A DNA stretch of 64,000 nucleotides from Candidatus Rokuibacteriota bacterium. Lineage in GTDB: Bacteria; Methylomirabilota; Methylomirabilia; Rokubacteriales; CSP1-6. The stretch covers positions 7,983 through 71,982 of the forward strand of contig JACPDG010000051.1 in NCBI GenBank assembly GCA_016184125.1. Direction: 5' to 3'. A program made the translations under genes and the position numbers. The notes under the pieces were generated by a model. It made no database searches and was not told the origin of the DNA. It worked only from the letters and a program-made list of their open reading frames with translations. The first letter of the stretch is position 1. Each line of letters opens with the position of its first letter. Positions 8,745 to 18,589 of the stretch are shown piece by piece.

Positions 8745-10592
8745 GTGTCGCGCCACGTCGCGACCGCGCCCGCCATGTTTCTCGGCTCGGACAGGAGCCC
8801 CATGGGTGAGGAAGACCGGCAGCGTCTGACGCTCGTCCAGCGGTTCGGCCTGCTCAGCCTGCCGTGGGTGATCGGCCTGACGATCGCGCTCTGTGGCATC
8901 GCCGCCGCGCTGCTGACCGACCAGATCGTCCGGCATGAGGCGATCGACCTGGGCGAGATGCTGCAAGTCCTCATCCCCAGGGTTCTCGATCCCGAGGCGT
9001 TCGACAAGCCACCCGGAACGGCCCCCGGGATCGCCCGCGCGTTCGAGGAGCTGGCGCCCTCGAGGTCGATCGTGCGCGTGATCGTGTACGACCGGCGTGG
9101 CCGCGTCCTCTGGTCGGACGACAAGACGCTGATCGGCGGTGAGTACCCTGACAATCCGAAGCTGCAGGCCGCGCTGCGCGGTCGGCTGGACGCGTCGATC
9201 ATTCACCCCGGCACCAGCGCCGAACCCCACCACGCGGCGCTCAGGGGGTCCGATCGGCTCCTCGAGATGTACGTGCCCGTGCGATTCGGCCGCAACGCTC
9301 CGATCGTCGGCGCCGTCGAGCTCTACCGCGACGCGCCAGGGGTCCTCGTCCTGCTCGATCGCAGCGTGGGTATCCTGTGGGTGCTCGGCGGCCTTGCGGG
9401 TGCGGCGCTCTACGTCATCCTGGTCGTCATCGTCCGCCGGGCCTCGGCCCGGCAGCTCGCCCTGGAGGGGCAGCTCCGGGCGCACGCGCGGGACCTCGAG
9501 GAGCGAGTCGCGGAGCGAACCGCCGCACTGCGCGAGACCGGCGCCCGCTTGGAGAACGTCCTCGAGAGCTCCGCGGACGCGATCGTGACCCTCGACCAGC
9601 GGGGTGTCATCGCCTTCGCCAACCGCGCCGCGGTGCGGATCTTCGGTTACAGCCAGGACGCGCTCGTCGGGACGCGCCCGGCCACGTACTGGCTACACGG
9701 GCGCCGCGACTTCCGCGCACTGCGCCGCGCTCTGGTCAGGAACGAGCGCGTGGAGAACCACGAGACCGAGCTGCGGGCGGCCGACGGGCGCACCGTCATC
9801 GTCGACGTGTCAGCGTCGCTGCTGCGCTGCCCGCGGCGCGGCGTCACCGGTGCGGTGGGCGTGCTGCGCGATGTCACGGAGCTGCGCGCGCTGCACGAGC
9901 AGATGCTCCGGACCGAGCGACTGGCGACGGCCGGCCTCCTGGCGGCCGGGGTGGCCCACGAGGTGGGGAACCCGCTGATGTGCATCTCCTCGGTGGCGCA
10001 GGTTCTCAAGAAGCAGAGCACCGTGCCGGCCGTCCAGCGCGGCGTGGACGAGATCCAGCGCCACGTCCAGCGCATCGCCCGCATCGTGCGCGATGTGAGC
10101 CGCGTCGCACGGTCGTCGCGCCTCCAGCTCCGGACGGTCGCGGTCGAGGACGTGCTCCGGACAGCGGTCGACCTCGCACGGCACGTGCCCGGAGCGCGGG
10201 CGATCTCGATCGACGTCGAGTGCGAGACGGGGATGCCGCGTCTGCGCGGCGATCCCGACCGCCTCGCCCAGGTCTTCCTCAATCTGATCCTGAACGCCGT
10301 GGACGCGGGTGCCAACCTGACCGTGCGCGCCACCGCGCGCGATGGCGATGTGCGGGTGGTCTTCACGGACAAGGGACCGGGGATCGGGCCGGAGACTCTG
10401 GCGCGGGTCTTCGACCCGTTCTTCTCGACCAAGGCCGATGGCCACGCGGGCCTCGGTCTCTTCGTGAGTCGAGAGACGATCCGCGAGCATGGCGGGCTCC
10501 TGCTGGTGGAGAGCCGTCCAGGGCACGGCTCGACGTTCACGGTGCAGCTGCCGGTCGATCGGATCACGGAAAAGGCAGAGTGGCGGGAATGA
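8745..10592 (+). CDS. Membrane PAS-domain sensor histidine kinase (NtrB-like)
   Basis: Two TM segments, PAS (DAIVTLD...NRAA), H-box AHEVGNPL, N-box QVFLNLILNA, G-boxes DKGPGI and GLGL. Confidence 0.92.
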   Translation: MSRHVATAPAMFLGSDRSPMGEEDRQRLTLVQRFGLLSLPWVIGLTIALCGIAAALLTDQIVRHEAIDLGEMLQVLIPRVLDPEAFDKPPGTAPGIARAFEELAPSRSIVRVIVYDRRGRVLWSDDKTLIGGEYPDNPKLQAALRGRLDASIIHPGTSAEPHHAALRGSDRLLEMYVPVRFGRNAPIVGAVELYRDAPGVLVLLDRSVGILWVLGGLAGAALYVILVVIVRRASARQLALEGQLRAHARDLEERVAERTAALRETGARLENVLESSADAIVTLDQRGVIAFANRAAVRIFGYSQDALVGTRPATYWLHGRRDFRALRRALVRNERVENHETELRAADGRTVIVDVSASLLRCPRRGVTGAVGVLRDVTELRALHEQMLRTERLATAGLLAAGVAHEVGNPLMCISSVAQVLKKQSTVPAVQRGVDEIQRHVQRIARIVRDVSRVARSSRLQLRTVAVEDVLRTAVDLARHVPGARAISIDVECETGMPRLRGDPDRLAQVFLNLILNAVDAGANLTVRATARDGDVRVVFTDKGPGIGPETLARVFDPFFSTKADGHAGLGLFVSRETIREHGGLLLVESRPGHGSTFTVQLPVDRITEKAEWRE

Positions 10593-11896
10593 AGCCGTCG
10601 ATCTTGGTGGTGGACGATGAGTCGACGCTCCAGGAGACCCTCCGGTGGACCTTCGAGCACAACGGCTGGCGCGTGGTCGTGTCGGGCACGGGCGAGGAGG
10701 CGATCAGGTGCCTCAAGACCGATCGCTTCGACATCGTCGTCACCGACATCCGCCTGCCCGGTATCGACGGTATCGAGGTGCTCCGCTGCGCTCGCTCGCT
10801 CGTGGCGCGGCCACCGGTCGTGCTGATCACCGCGTACGGGACCGTCGAGACGGCGGTGGCCGCGCTTCGCCACGGGGCCGCCGACTACATCCTGAAGCCG
10901 TTCGATCTCGATGACCTGAAGGCGCGCGTGGAGCGCCTGGTCGACGACACAACCGCGACGAGGCGGCGCTGGGCCGACCCGCTCGGCGAGATCGTGGGTC
11001 AGACCCCGGGGATCCAGGCCTTGCGACAGCAGGTGCAGAAGGCCGCGATGACGAGCAGCAACGTGCTGATCACGGGTGAGACCGGCGCCGGGAAGGACCT
11101 GGTCGCGCGGAGCATCCATGCTGTGAGTGTCAGGCACGCCCATCGGTTCGTCGCGGTGAACTGCGGCGCTGTCCCGGACACGCTGTTCGAGAGCCAGCTC
11201 TTCGGCCACGCGCGCGGGGCCTTCACCGGTGCCGTCCAGGCCAACCCCGGGCTCATGGTGGCCGCCGACAAGGGCACGCTCTTCCTCGACGAGGTCGGCG
11301 AGCTGCCGTTGCTGCTGCAGGTCAAGCTCCTGCGCGCGCTCGAGGCCAAGGAAGTGTGGCCGGTCGGGCAGACACGCGCCGTGCCGACCGACTGCCGCAT
11401 CATCGCGAGCACGAACCGTGACGTCGAGGCCGAGGTCGCGGCGGGCCGCCTGCGTGCGGACCTCTTCTACCGCCTGAAGGTCGTGCACATCACCGTTCCG
11501 CCGCTGCGCGAGCGGCGGGCCGACATCCCACTCCTGGCCAAGCACCTCCTGTACCAGATCAACGGGCGGCTCGGCACCTGCGTGGCCGGTGTCGAACCCG
11601 ACGCGATGCACGCCCTGATGAACCACGACTGGAAAGGCAACGTCCGCGAGCTGCAGCACGCGCTCGAAAGCGCCATCGTCAACGGCGCCGACGAGCGCAT
11701 CACGCTCGAGGCCCTTCCGCGCGACGTGAACCCGATGGCGGCCCAGATACCGCTCAAGGAAGCGACGCGCCAGTTCGAGCGAGCGCGGGTGCTCGAGGCG
11801 CTCGCACAGACGGGCTTCGACAAGCGGGAGGCGGCCCGCCTGCTCGGGCTCAGCATGGCCTCGCTCTACCGCAAGCTGGACGATCGTTCGGAGTAG
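10589..11896 (+). CDS. Sigma-54-dependent response regulator (REC-AAA+-Fis HTH)
   Basis: ILVVDDE, TDIRLPG, Walker A GETGAGKD, GAFTGA, WKGNVREL, SLYRKL. Confidence 0.95.
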   Translation: MKPSILVVDDESTLQETLRWTFEHNGWRVVVSGTGEEAIRCLKTDRFDIVVTDIRLPGIDGIEVLRCARSLVARPPVVLITAYGTVETAVAALRHGAADYILKPFDLDDLKARVERLVDDTTATRRRWADPLGEIVGQTPGIQALRQQVQKAAMTSSNVLITGETGAGKDLVARSIHAVSVRHAHRFVAVNCGAVPDTLFESQLFGHARGAFTGAVQANPGLMVAADKGTLFLDEVGELPLLLQVKLLRALEAKEVWPVGQTRAVPTDCRIIASTNRDVEAEVAAGRLRADLFYRLKVVHITVPPLRERRADIPLLAKHLLYQINGRLGTCVAGVEPDAMHALMNHDWKGNVRELQHALESAIVNGADERITLEALPRDVNPMAAQIPLKEATRQFERARVLEALAQTGFDKREAARLLGLSMASLYRKLDDRSE

Positions 11897-11901
11897 CCGC
11901 T

Positions 11902-11945
11902 TCTCGAAAACGACAGACGCCGGAGCCCGATTCTCAGCGCTGACA
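11902..11945. promoter_or_regulatory. Paired enhancer-like (UAS) palindromes, set 1
   Basis: TCTCG-AAAA-CGACA (11902) and TCTCA-GCGC-TGACA (11932), 30 bp apart, 70-110 bp upstream of a -24/-12 motif. Confidence 0.6.
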
Positions 11946-12012
11946 CGCCACTGCCGCCCGCCTTCCGCCGCCTGCATCATCTTCCGCCCACACCGAACCT
12001 ACGTCGGCGGCA

Positions 12013-12028
12013 TGGCACGCCGTCTGCT
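12013..12028 (+). promoter_or_regulatory. Sigma-54 -24/-12 promoter P1
   Basis: TGGCACGCCGTCTGCT, near-consensus with GG and GC 12 bp apart. Confidence 0.75.
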
Positions 12029-12046
12029 GGGCCGACCCACCCGTCG

Positions 12047-12238
12047 ATGAGCGCAGAGCCGCAGCTGGTGGTCATCGAGATCCTCGAAGGCAAGCGGACG
12101 CTGAAGGAAGCGATCCGTAGCTTCGAGCGTGAGTGCGTCCTCGCCGCGCTCGAGCGCGCGAACTTCGACAAGCGACGGGCCGCGAGCCTGCTCGGTATCA
12201 GCCTCGCCTCGCTCTACCGCAAGCTGGAACGCTCGTAG
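12047..12238 (+). CDS. Stand-alone Fis-type HTH mini-protein (63 aa), paralogous to the C-terminus of the upstream activator
   Basis: 29/42 identical residues to the regulator HTH region; same ASLYRKL recognition helix. Confidence 0.8.
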   Translation: MSAEPQLVVIEILEGKRTLKEAIRSFERECVLAALERANFDKRRAASLLGISLASLYRKLERS

Positions 12239-12338
12239 CGTCCACGATCTGCGCTCGGTGACGCCGGTACGCACCGGCTTCCACCCCCGACGCGGGCAGG
12301 GGGGTGGCAGCGCGCCTCTCAAAAGCTGGCGTCACGGT

Positions 12339-12384
12339 TCTCAAGGCTGAGAGCGACCGCCCGCGGCTCATCTCAACTCTGCGA
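12339..12384. promoter_or_regulatory. Paired enhancer-like (UAS) palindromes, set 2
   Basis: TCTCA-AGGC-TGAGA (12339, perfect) and TCTCA-ACTC-TGCGA (12371), 32 bp apart; extra TCTCA half-site at 12317. Confidence 0.6.
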
Positions 12385-12462
12385 ACGGAGCACCCGCCGC
12401 TATAGGTCAATGTACCTGTTTTTCTGGCGATTTAATGATGCGTATGCGTCATCGTGCGGCCG

Positions 12463-12478
12463 CGGCATTCCCGGTGCA
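12463..12478 (+). promoter_or_regulatory. Candidate sigma-54 promoter P2 for the oxidase operon
   Basis: CGGCATTCCCGGTGCA with correct GG/GC spacing; AT-rich tract 12401-12440 lies between it and UAS set 2. Confidence 0.5.
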
Positions 12479-12621
12479 CTACGCCGCACCGCGTATTCGT
12501 CGCTTCGCCGACGAGCTCGCATCTCTGCGCAGGTCCACGAGGAGTGCCTCACGCGAAGGAGGGACTGATGCGGAGCGGACCGGTCCACGCGCAACCGACA
12601 CGACGCAAGGAGAGACGCACG

Positions 12622-15600
12622 ATGACGCCGCACCGCACACGAGCCCGCATTCCCGCACTCACGACCCGCCGCCGTGCGATCGGCCTGCTCGGCCCGATCG
12701 TGCTCGTCGCCGTGTTGCTCGCGGCGGTCCTTCCCGGTCCCGCCCATGGGCATGGGGCCTGCGCCACCACGGTGGTGGCCGACGTGGTCGCCTTCGACAC
12801 GCCGATGATGTTCAACCGCCTGGGCGCGCAGAACCCGAACTGGATCACGTACGCGCTGAAGCGCGACGTGGTCGCCCTCACGGGCGGCGCCGCGGGGCCC
12901 GGTAACGCCCAGATGCGCAAGGACAAGCGGATTCGCCCGCTCGTCCTGCGCGTCAACGAGGGCGATTGCCTGAAGGTCAACTTCACCAACTGGCTCGCCG
13001 GCGCAGCGAACCCGTTCGTCAACGCCGACCGCGAGCCGCCGATGAACCTCGAGTCGCCGTTCCTGAAGATCGACGACCAGGTGCGTGGCCGCTACGCCGG
13101 CTTCCACGTGCGCGGTCTGCAGCTCGCCGGCACCATCGCGTCCGACGCCTCCAACGTCGGCAGGAACGCCAGCAGCCTGGTCCCGTCCGGCGGCGGCGCG
13201 ACGTACACCTACTTCGCTCCACCAGGGACGCGTGGCGCCTACCTTGCGGACAGCTACGGCGCGACGTTCGGCGGAGAAGCCACGGCCGGCAACACGGGCC
13301 AGGGCATGTTCGCCGTCGTCAACGTGGAGCCGAAGGGCGCCCGCTGGTACCGCAGCCAGGTGACCGATGAGGAGCTGCGGCTGGCCACGACGGGCACGAC
13401 GGCGGCCGGCCAGCCGATTCTCAGTTATGAGGCGCGCTATCCGGCGACGAACCCCGACGGGTCGCCGAGCATCTGGTTCGCCGAGGGCAAGGCAAACCTG
13501 CCGATCCTCAACATGAGGGACGGCAACGCCATCGTCCACTCGGACATCAACGCGATCATCGCTGGCCCGAATCCCGACGGTACCTTCCCGGCGAGCACCT
13601 ACCCGCTGGAGAGCGCCGGCAAGCGCAATCCGGCCGTGCCCAACCGGCTGGAGCCGTTCCGCGAGTTCACCACCGTCTTCCACGATGAGCCGTCCGTGGG
13701 GCAGGCGTTCCCGGGCTTCTACGACGCCAACCCGGTCACCAGGCGCCTCCTCCACGGCGTCCGCGACGGGTTCATGATCAACTACGGCTCGGGCGGCATC
13801 GGCTCGGAAATCATCGCCAACCGCCTGGGCGTGGGGCCGATGTGGGACTGCCTCTCCTGCGCCTACGAGGAGTTCTTCCTCGGCTCCTCGGAGGTTGGCG
13901 ACCCGGCGATGCTGGTCGACATTCCTGCGAACGTCGGCCTCGAAGCCTGCGACGTCGCGGGCGCGAACTGCCTCGACGTCGGGCCGAAGGCGACCAAGGC
14001 GCTCTTCCCGGACGACCCGTCGAACGTCCATCACAGCTACCAGAACGACCGGGTCGTGTTCCGGAACCTGCACGCGGGGAAGGAGCACCACATCTTCCAC
14101 CTCCACAACCACCAGTGGCTCTTCGACGCCAACGACGACAACTCGAACTATCTGGACGCCCAGGCGATCGGCCCAGGCTCCGGGTACACGTACGAGATCA
14201 ACTTCGGCGGCAGCGGCAACCGCAACAAGACTGCCGGCGACGCGATCTTCCACTGCCACTTCTATCCCCACTTCGCCCAGGGCATGTGGGAGCTGTGGCG
14301 GATCCACGACGTGTACGAGACCGGCACGCAGCTGGACGTGAGCGGTGGTGGCTTCCACACCGTGCCCTTCGCCCTGTTCGACGGCACGCCGGCCGTGTCG
14401 TCCAGCGTGCCTGGGGCCCGGATGAGGGCACTGCCCGACGGTGAGATCCTGGCCGGCACGCCGATCCCGGCTCTGGTCCCGCTCCCCGGCAAGGCGCTGC
14501 CGCTGATGCCGGGCGAGGTCGTGGTCGTCCAGAAGAACGCCAATCCCGGCGTGGACGAGGTCCCCGACGACCCGGTGGCATGCGCCGCGGATCCGAACGG
14601 GCCGACCTGCGGCGTCCAGGCGCTGCCGGATTCGAGCCAAGCCCACGTGGTCGACCGCGCGCAGAACCCCGGCTACCCGTTCTGGATCGCCGGTGTCGAT
14701 TGTGGCGGCGACCCCGTGAACTGCCCGCTCGGGGTCGTGGGCCAGCGGCCCCCGACGCCGGTCCTCGACATGCTGAGCGAGGGTCAGGCCGCCGGGCTCC
14801 GCGCCGGCAACGGCACGCTGTTCGGCGCGCTCAACAACCTGGGCGGCCCGGCCGACGGCGGCTGGGACGGCGGGCTGCCGCGCCACGCGCTCGACGGCTT
14901 CCTGGCCGCCGGTGGCCGGACGCCGGACGTGTTCCACCAGGAGCAGACCAAGCTCAGCTTCGACAAGGAGATCTTCAAGGCCAAGCCGGTCTGGTTCCCC
15001 GAGGGCGGCACCGATGTCGAGCAGGCTGCGATGGCGTTCCATGCCGTCCGTGCCTACCCGAGCACCGCGGTGCGGCTTGACGGCACTACCACCACGGCCG
15101 ACTACATCACCAACGGCGGACCGCCCCAGGCGGGCGCGCCCATGTCCGAGCCGTGCATCGACGACAGGGGCGTCACGCTCTTCACCGGTGTCACGGGGCA
15201 GTGGTTCGGCTCGACGCCGGGGAGCCTGGTGAGCCTCGGCACCTCGCCGTTCAGCGCGACCGCGCCGCGCGTCTACAAGGGCGCCAACATCCAGATCGAC
15301 GCGGTCTTCAACAAGGTCGGCACCCACTACCCCCAGCAGCGGATCATCTCGCTCTGGGAGGACGCGCTGCCGTTCATCGACAAGCAGAAACCGCCGGAAC
15401 CCTTCGTCATCCGCAACAACACGCTCGACTGCACGCGGTACCTGCACACGAACCTGGTGCCCAAGCGCTTCGAGGTGGACGACTACCAGGTGACGACGCC
15501 GACGGACGTGATCGGCCAGCACATCCACCTGCCCAAGTGGGACCTGCCGGCGGCGGACGGCTCGGGCAACGGCTGGAACTACGAGGACGGGACGCTGTCG

Positions 15601-18468
15601 CCCGGCGCGGTGCGCGAGCGGATCCACGCGATCAACGCGTTCAATCCCAGCGGAGCCGGCAACCCGGCCAACAGCGCCGGCGGCGGCGCCAACGAGCCGC
15701 TCGTGGCGCTGCCCCATCCGTTCTTCGGCGGCGGCCAGGGTGGCGAGTGGGTCGGCGCCCGCACGACCATGCAGCGCTGGTTCTTCGACCCCGTGCTGAA
15801 CGTCCACCACGTGGACCGTGGGCTCGGTATCATCTTCACCCACGACCACTTCGGGCCCTCCACCGTCCAGCAGATCGGCCTCTACGCGACGGTGCTGGCC
15901 GAGCCCGCCGGCTCGCAGTGGGTGCACAACGAGACGGGCGTGCCGATGTACACGCGCGCGGATGGCGGGCCGACCGGCTGGCAAGCGGCCATTCTTCCCG
16001 GCGCGGGCGGCCAGCAGTTCGAGGCGTTCCGCGAGTTCTGGTTCCAGCACAGCGACTTCCAGAGCGCCTACGCGGCCGGGGTCTACATCGGCGCCGGGCC
16101 GGACGGCCGGCCGAACGCCGTGCTCCCGGATGCCAACAGCTTCCGGGACGCGATCAACCCGTCGGTCAGAGAGTTCGCGAACCCGGTGTTCCCGGACGTG
16201 ATCCGGCACGCGGCGGACTGCAAGGACGGTACGCCGCGGCCCTGTCCAGAAGCGATCTCGGCAGACGACCCCGGGTTCTTCGTGACCAACTACCGCAACG
16301 AGCCCGTGGGCTGGCGCGTGTTCGATCCGAACAAGATCGGGCCCGACGGCAAGCCCGGCACCCAGGCTGACGGCCAGGCTGGTGACCTCGCGTTCGCGCT
16401 CCAGACGAGGACCGACCGCAAGGTCCCCGAGCTGAACACGCGGCTCGGCAACACCCCGTACCCGCCGCTCACCGCGGACATCGGCCCCGGCGACCCGTTC
16501 ACGCCGCTGATGCGGTCGTACGCCGGCGACGTGATCCGCATCAAGTCCCAGGCCGGCGGCGACGAGGCGGAGCACAACTTCGCGCTCAACGCGGTCAAGT
16601 GGCTCCAGGGCGGCTCGGGCCACGGTCGGGGACCGAACACCGGCTGGCGCAACAGCCAGAATCGCGGCATCTCCGAGCAGTTCACCTTCGCGGCCCCGGT
16701 CATTCCCTTCGTCGGGGCGGCGCCCGCCCAGCAGGACTACGCGTACTCGCACAGCACGGGTGGGGACGGCTGGTGGTCCGGCATGTGGGGCATCCTCCGG
16801 ACGTACAACACGAACAAGCAGGATCTCTTCAAGCTGCCCACGACGGTCCTTCCGACCAAGATCGCGAACGCGAAGGAGTTCAACGGCGTGTGCCCGACGG
16901 CCGCGCCCGTGCGGCGGTACGACGTCACCGCCGTCCTCGCCAACACCGCGCTGGGCAATGCGCTCGGCGTGACGATTCCCGCCAACGTCACCCCGACGGA
17001 CAACGTCGGCGGCCCGCTGGACCCGGCGGGCGGCACGCTCGTCTACAACCCGCGGCCGACGCCGCTGGCGCCGCCGCTCGGCGGCGTCGCGAAGAGCGGC
17101 CCGCTCCACGACCCGACGGCGATCCTGTACGTGCGGACCGCTGACCTCGGACCTGATGGCAAGCTCCTGCCTGGCAAGCCGGTGGAACCGCTCGTGCTGC
17201 GCGCCAACGCCGGCGAGTGCGTGGAGGTGACGCTCAAGAACGGTCTGCCGGGCGACCTGAACGGCAACGGCTTCTTCGACGACAACCCCGACCTCGCGGG
17301 CTTCTCCCAGTTCATCCCGGTTGTCCCGCGGGACAAGAACGACCCTCAGGGCGTGACGTGGTTCGGCAGCAATTTGGTCCGTCCCTCGAGTGTCGTGGGC
17401 CTCCACCCTCAGCTCGTCGCCTACGACGTCACCCGCGACGACGGCATGGTGGTCGGCAAGAACCCGCCGGGCAACGAGGTGGTCGCGCCCGGCCAGCAGA
17501 AGACCTCCCGCTGGTACGTCGGCGACTTGACGCCGGTGCGGGCCGGTGGCAAGGAGTTCAACCTCGTGGCCACGCCGATCGAGTTCGGCGGCTCCAACCT
17601 GATCCCTGCCGACATCCTCAAGCAGGGAGAGAAGGGGTTGCTGGGTGCGTTCAGCATCGGCACCGCTGGCGGCAGCATCGTCGAGACCGACACCACGTGG
17701 GACCATCAGCAGACCGATCCGAACGTGACCCGCCAGACCCGGGCGTCGGCCACGCTCGCGGGGGGCATCCGTGACTTCGCGGTGGTGTTCCAGGATGGCC
17801 TGAACCTCCGCTACGCGGACGGGACGGCCGTCGAGAACATGGGGTCCGGTGAGGAACCCCCGGGCTCCGCGTCCAAGGCTATCAACTACGGCACGGAGCC
17901 GATGTGGTTCCGCTTCGGGCTCCAGCCGACGGCGCCGTTCGGCAACGCCGGGACGCCGGGCAGCTTCGGCGCCGTGCCCAACCCCGAGCAGGCTTACAGC
18001 AATGCGCTCGTCGATGGCGATCCCGCCACCCCGGTCTTCACCGCGGCGCCCGGCGTGCCCGTAAGGATGCACGTCCTGAAGCCGACGGGCATCGCGGTCG
18101 ATGACTTCCACGCCCGAGGCAGCGTGTTCCACCTGCACGGCCACGTCTGGCAGCGCGCGCCGTACGTCTGCCCGGGCCAAGACGACGGCGTGTCCGGCCT
18201 CGACGGGAAGTGCAACGCCACGAACTTCGGCGACCCCGGCTTCGAGCCCGGCTCGCGCGCGATCGGCGTGAACCCGATCGGGATGTACCTGGGAGCGCAG
18301 GACAGCGTGCTGCCGGGCGCTCACTTCGACATCGTGCTCCCCGGCGCGGGCAACGGGCCGACCGGCGGAGCCGGTGGCGTCGGCGGAGTGACCGGTGACT
18401 ACCTCTTCCGCGACCAGGCGTCGTTCGGCAACACGCAGGGCCTCTGGGGAATCATGCGCGTGGAGTAG
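12622..18468 (+). CDS. Giant multicopper oxidase, MnxG-like putative Mn(II) oxidase (~1950 aa; alternative start 12568)
   Basis: Cu motifs HIFHLHNH, FHCHFYPHFAQGM, QHIHLPKWD, FTHDHF, FHLHGH; signal peptide with TRRR; AAGGAG RBS. Confidence 0.85.
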   Translation: MTPHRTRARIPALTTRRRAIGLLGPIVLVAVLLAAVLPGPAHGHGACATTVVADVVAFDTPMMFNRLGAQNPNWITYALKRDVVALTGGAAGPGNAQMRKDKRIRPLVLRVNEGDCLKVNFTNWLAGAANPFVNADREPPMNLESPFLKIDDQVRGRYAGFHVRGLQLAGTIASDASNVGRNASSLVPSGGGATYTYFAPPGTRGAYLADSYGATFGGEATAGNTGQGMFAVVNVEPKGARWYRSQVTDEELRLATTGTTAAGQPILSYEARYPATNPDGSPSIWFAEGKANLPILNMRDGNAIVHSDINAIIAGPNPDGTFPASTYPLESAGKRNPAVPNRLEPFREFTTVFHDEPSVGQAFPGFYDANPVTRRLLHGVRDGFMINYGSGGIGSEIIANRLGVGPMWDCLSCAYEEFFLGSSEVGDPAMLVDIPANVGLEACDVAGANCLDVGPKATKALFPDDPSNVHHSYQNDRVVFRNLHAGKEHHIFHLHNHQWLFDANDDNSNYLDAQAIGPGSGYTYEINFGGSGNRNKTAGDAIFHCHFYPHFAQGMWELWRIHDVYETGTQLDVSGGGFHTVPFALFDGTPAVSSSVPGARMRALPDGEILAGTPIPALVPLPGKALPLMPGEVVVVQKNANPGVDEVPDDPVACAADPNGPTCGVQALPDSSQAHVVDRAQNPGYPFWIAGVDCGGDPVNCPLGVVGQRPPTPVLDMLSEGQAAGLRAGNGTLFGALNNLGGPADGGWDGGLPRHALDGFLAAGGRTPDVFHQEQTKLSFDKEIFKAKPVWFPEGGTDVEQAAMAFHAVRAYPSTAVRLDGTTTTADYITNGGPPQAGAPMSEPCIDDRGVTLFTGVTGQWFGSTPGSLVSLGTSPFSATAPRVYKGANIQIDAVFNKVGTHYPQQRIISLWEDALPFIDKQKPPEPFVIRNNTLDCTRYLHTNLVPKRFEVDDYQVTTPTDVIGQHIHLPKWDLPAADGSGNGWNYEDGTLSPGAVRERIHAINAFNPSGAGNPANSAGGGANEPLVALPHPFFGGGQGGEWVGARTTMQRWFFDPVLNVHHVDRGLGIIFTHDHFGPSTVQQIGLYATVLAEPAGSQWVHNETGVPMYTRADGGPTGWQAAILPGAGGQQFEAFREFWFQHSDFQSAYAAGVYIGAGPDGRPNAVLPDANSFRDAINPSVREFANPVFPDVIRHAADCKDGTPRPCPEAISADDPGFFVTNYRNEPVGWRVFDPNKIGPDGKPGTQADGQAGDLAFALQTRTDRKVPELNTRLGNTPYPPLTADIGPGDPFTPLMRSYAGDVIRIKSQAGGDEAEHNFALNAVKWLQGGSGHGRGPNTGWRNSQNRGISEQFTFAAPVIPFVGAAPAQQDYAYSHSTGGDGWWSGMWGILRTYNTNKQDLFKLPTTVLPTKIANAKEFNGVCPTAAPVRRYDVTAVLANTALGNALGVTIPANVTPTDNVGGPLDPAGGTLVYNPRPTPLAPPLGGVAKSGPLHDPTAILYVRTADLGPDGKLLPGKPVEPLVLRANAGECVEVTLKNGLPGDLNGNGFFDDNPDLAGFSQFIPVVPRDKNDPQGVTWFGSNLVRPSSVVGLHPQLVAYDVTRDDGMVVGKNPPGNEVVAPGQQKTSRWYVGDLTPVRAGGKEFNLVATPIEFGGSNLIPADILKQGEKGLLGAFSIGTAGGSIVETDTTWDHQQTDPNVTRQTRASATLAGGIRDFAVVFQDGLNLRYADGTAVENMGSGEEPPGSASKAINYGTEPMWFRFGLQPTAPFGNAGTPGSFGAVPNPEQAYSNALVDGDPATPVFTAAPGVPVRMHVLKPTGIAVDDFHARGSVFHLHGHVWQRAPYVCPGQDDGVSGLDGKCNATNFGDPGFEPGSRAIGVNPIGMYLGAQDSVLPGAHFDIVLPGAGNGPTGGAGGVGGVTGDYLFRDQASFGNTQGLWGIMRVE

Positions 18469-18500
18469 CCGCCCGACCTCGATGAACAACTGATGAACCA

Positions 18501-18536
18501 TCGCGGGTGCCGCCTCGAACGGGGCGGCGCCCGCGA
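18501..18536 (+). terminator. Strong intergenic stem-loop 3' of the oxidase (mRNA stabiliser or attenuator)
   Basis: TCGCGGGTGCCGCCTC-GAAC-GGGGCGGCGCCCGCGA; no U tract. Confidence 0.4.
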
Positions 18537-18589
18537 CGCGCCTCGCGGGGACCCTGCGGGGCAGCGACGATGAACAAGGAGAACCGACG

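Noticed and set aside
12326-12437. Other sigma-54-like motifs (TGGCGTCACGGTTCT; TGGCGATTTAATGATGC)
   Set aside because: Missing -12 GC or wrong GG-GC spacing
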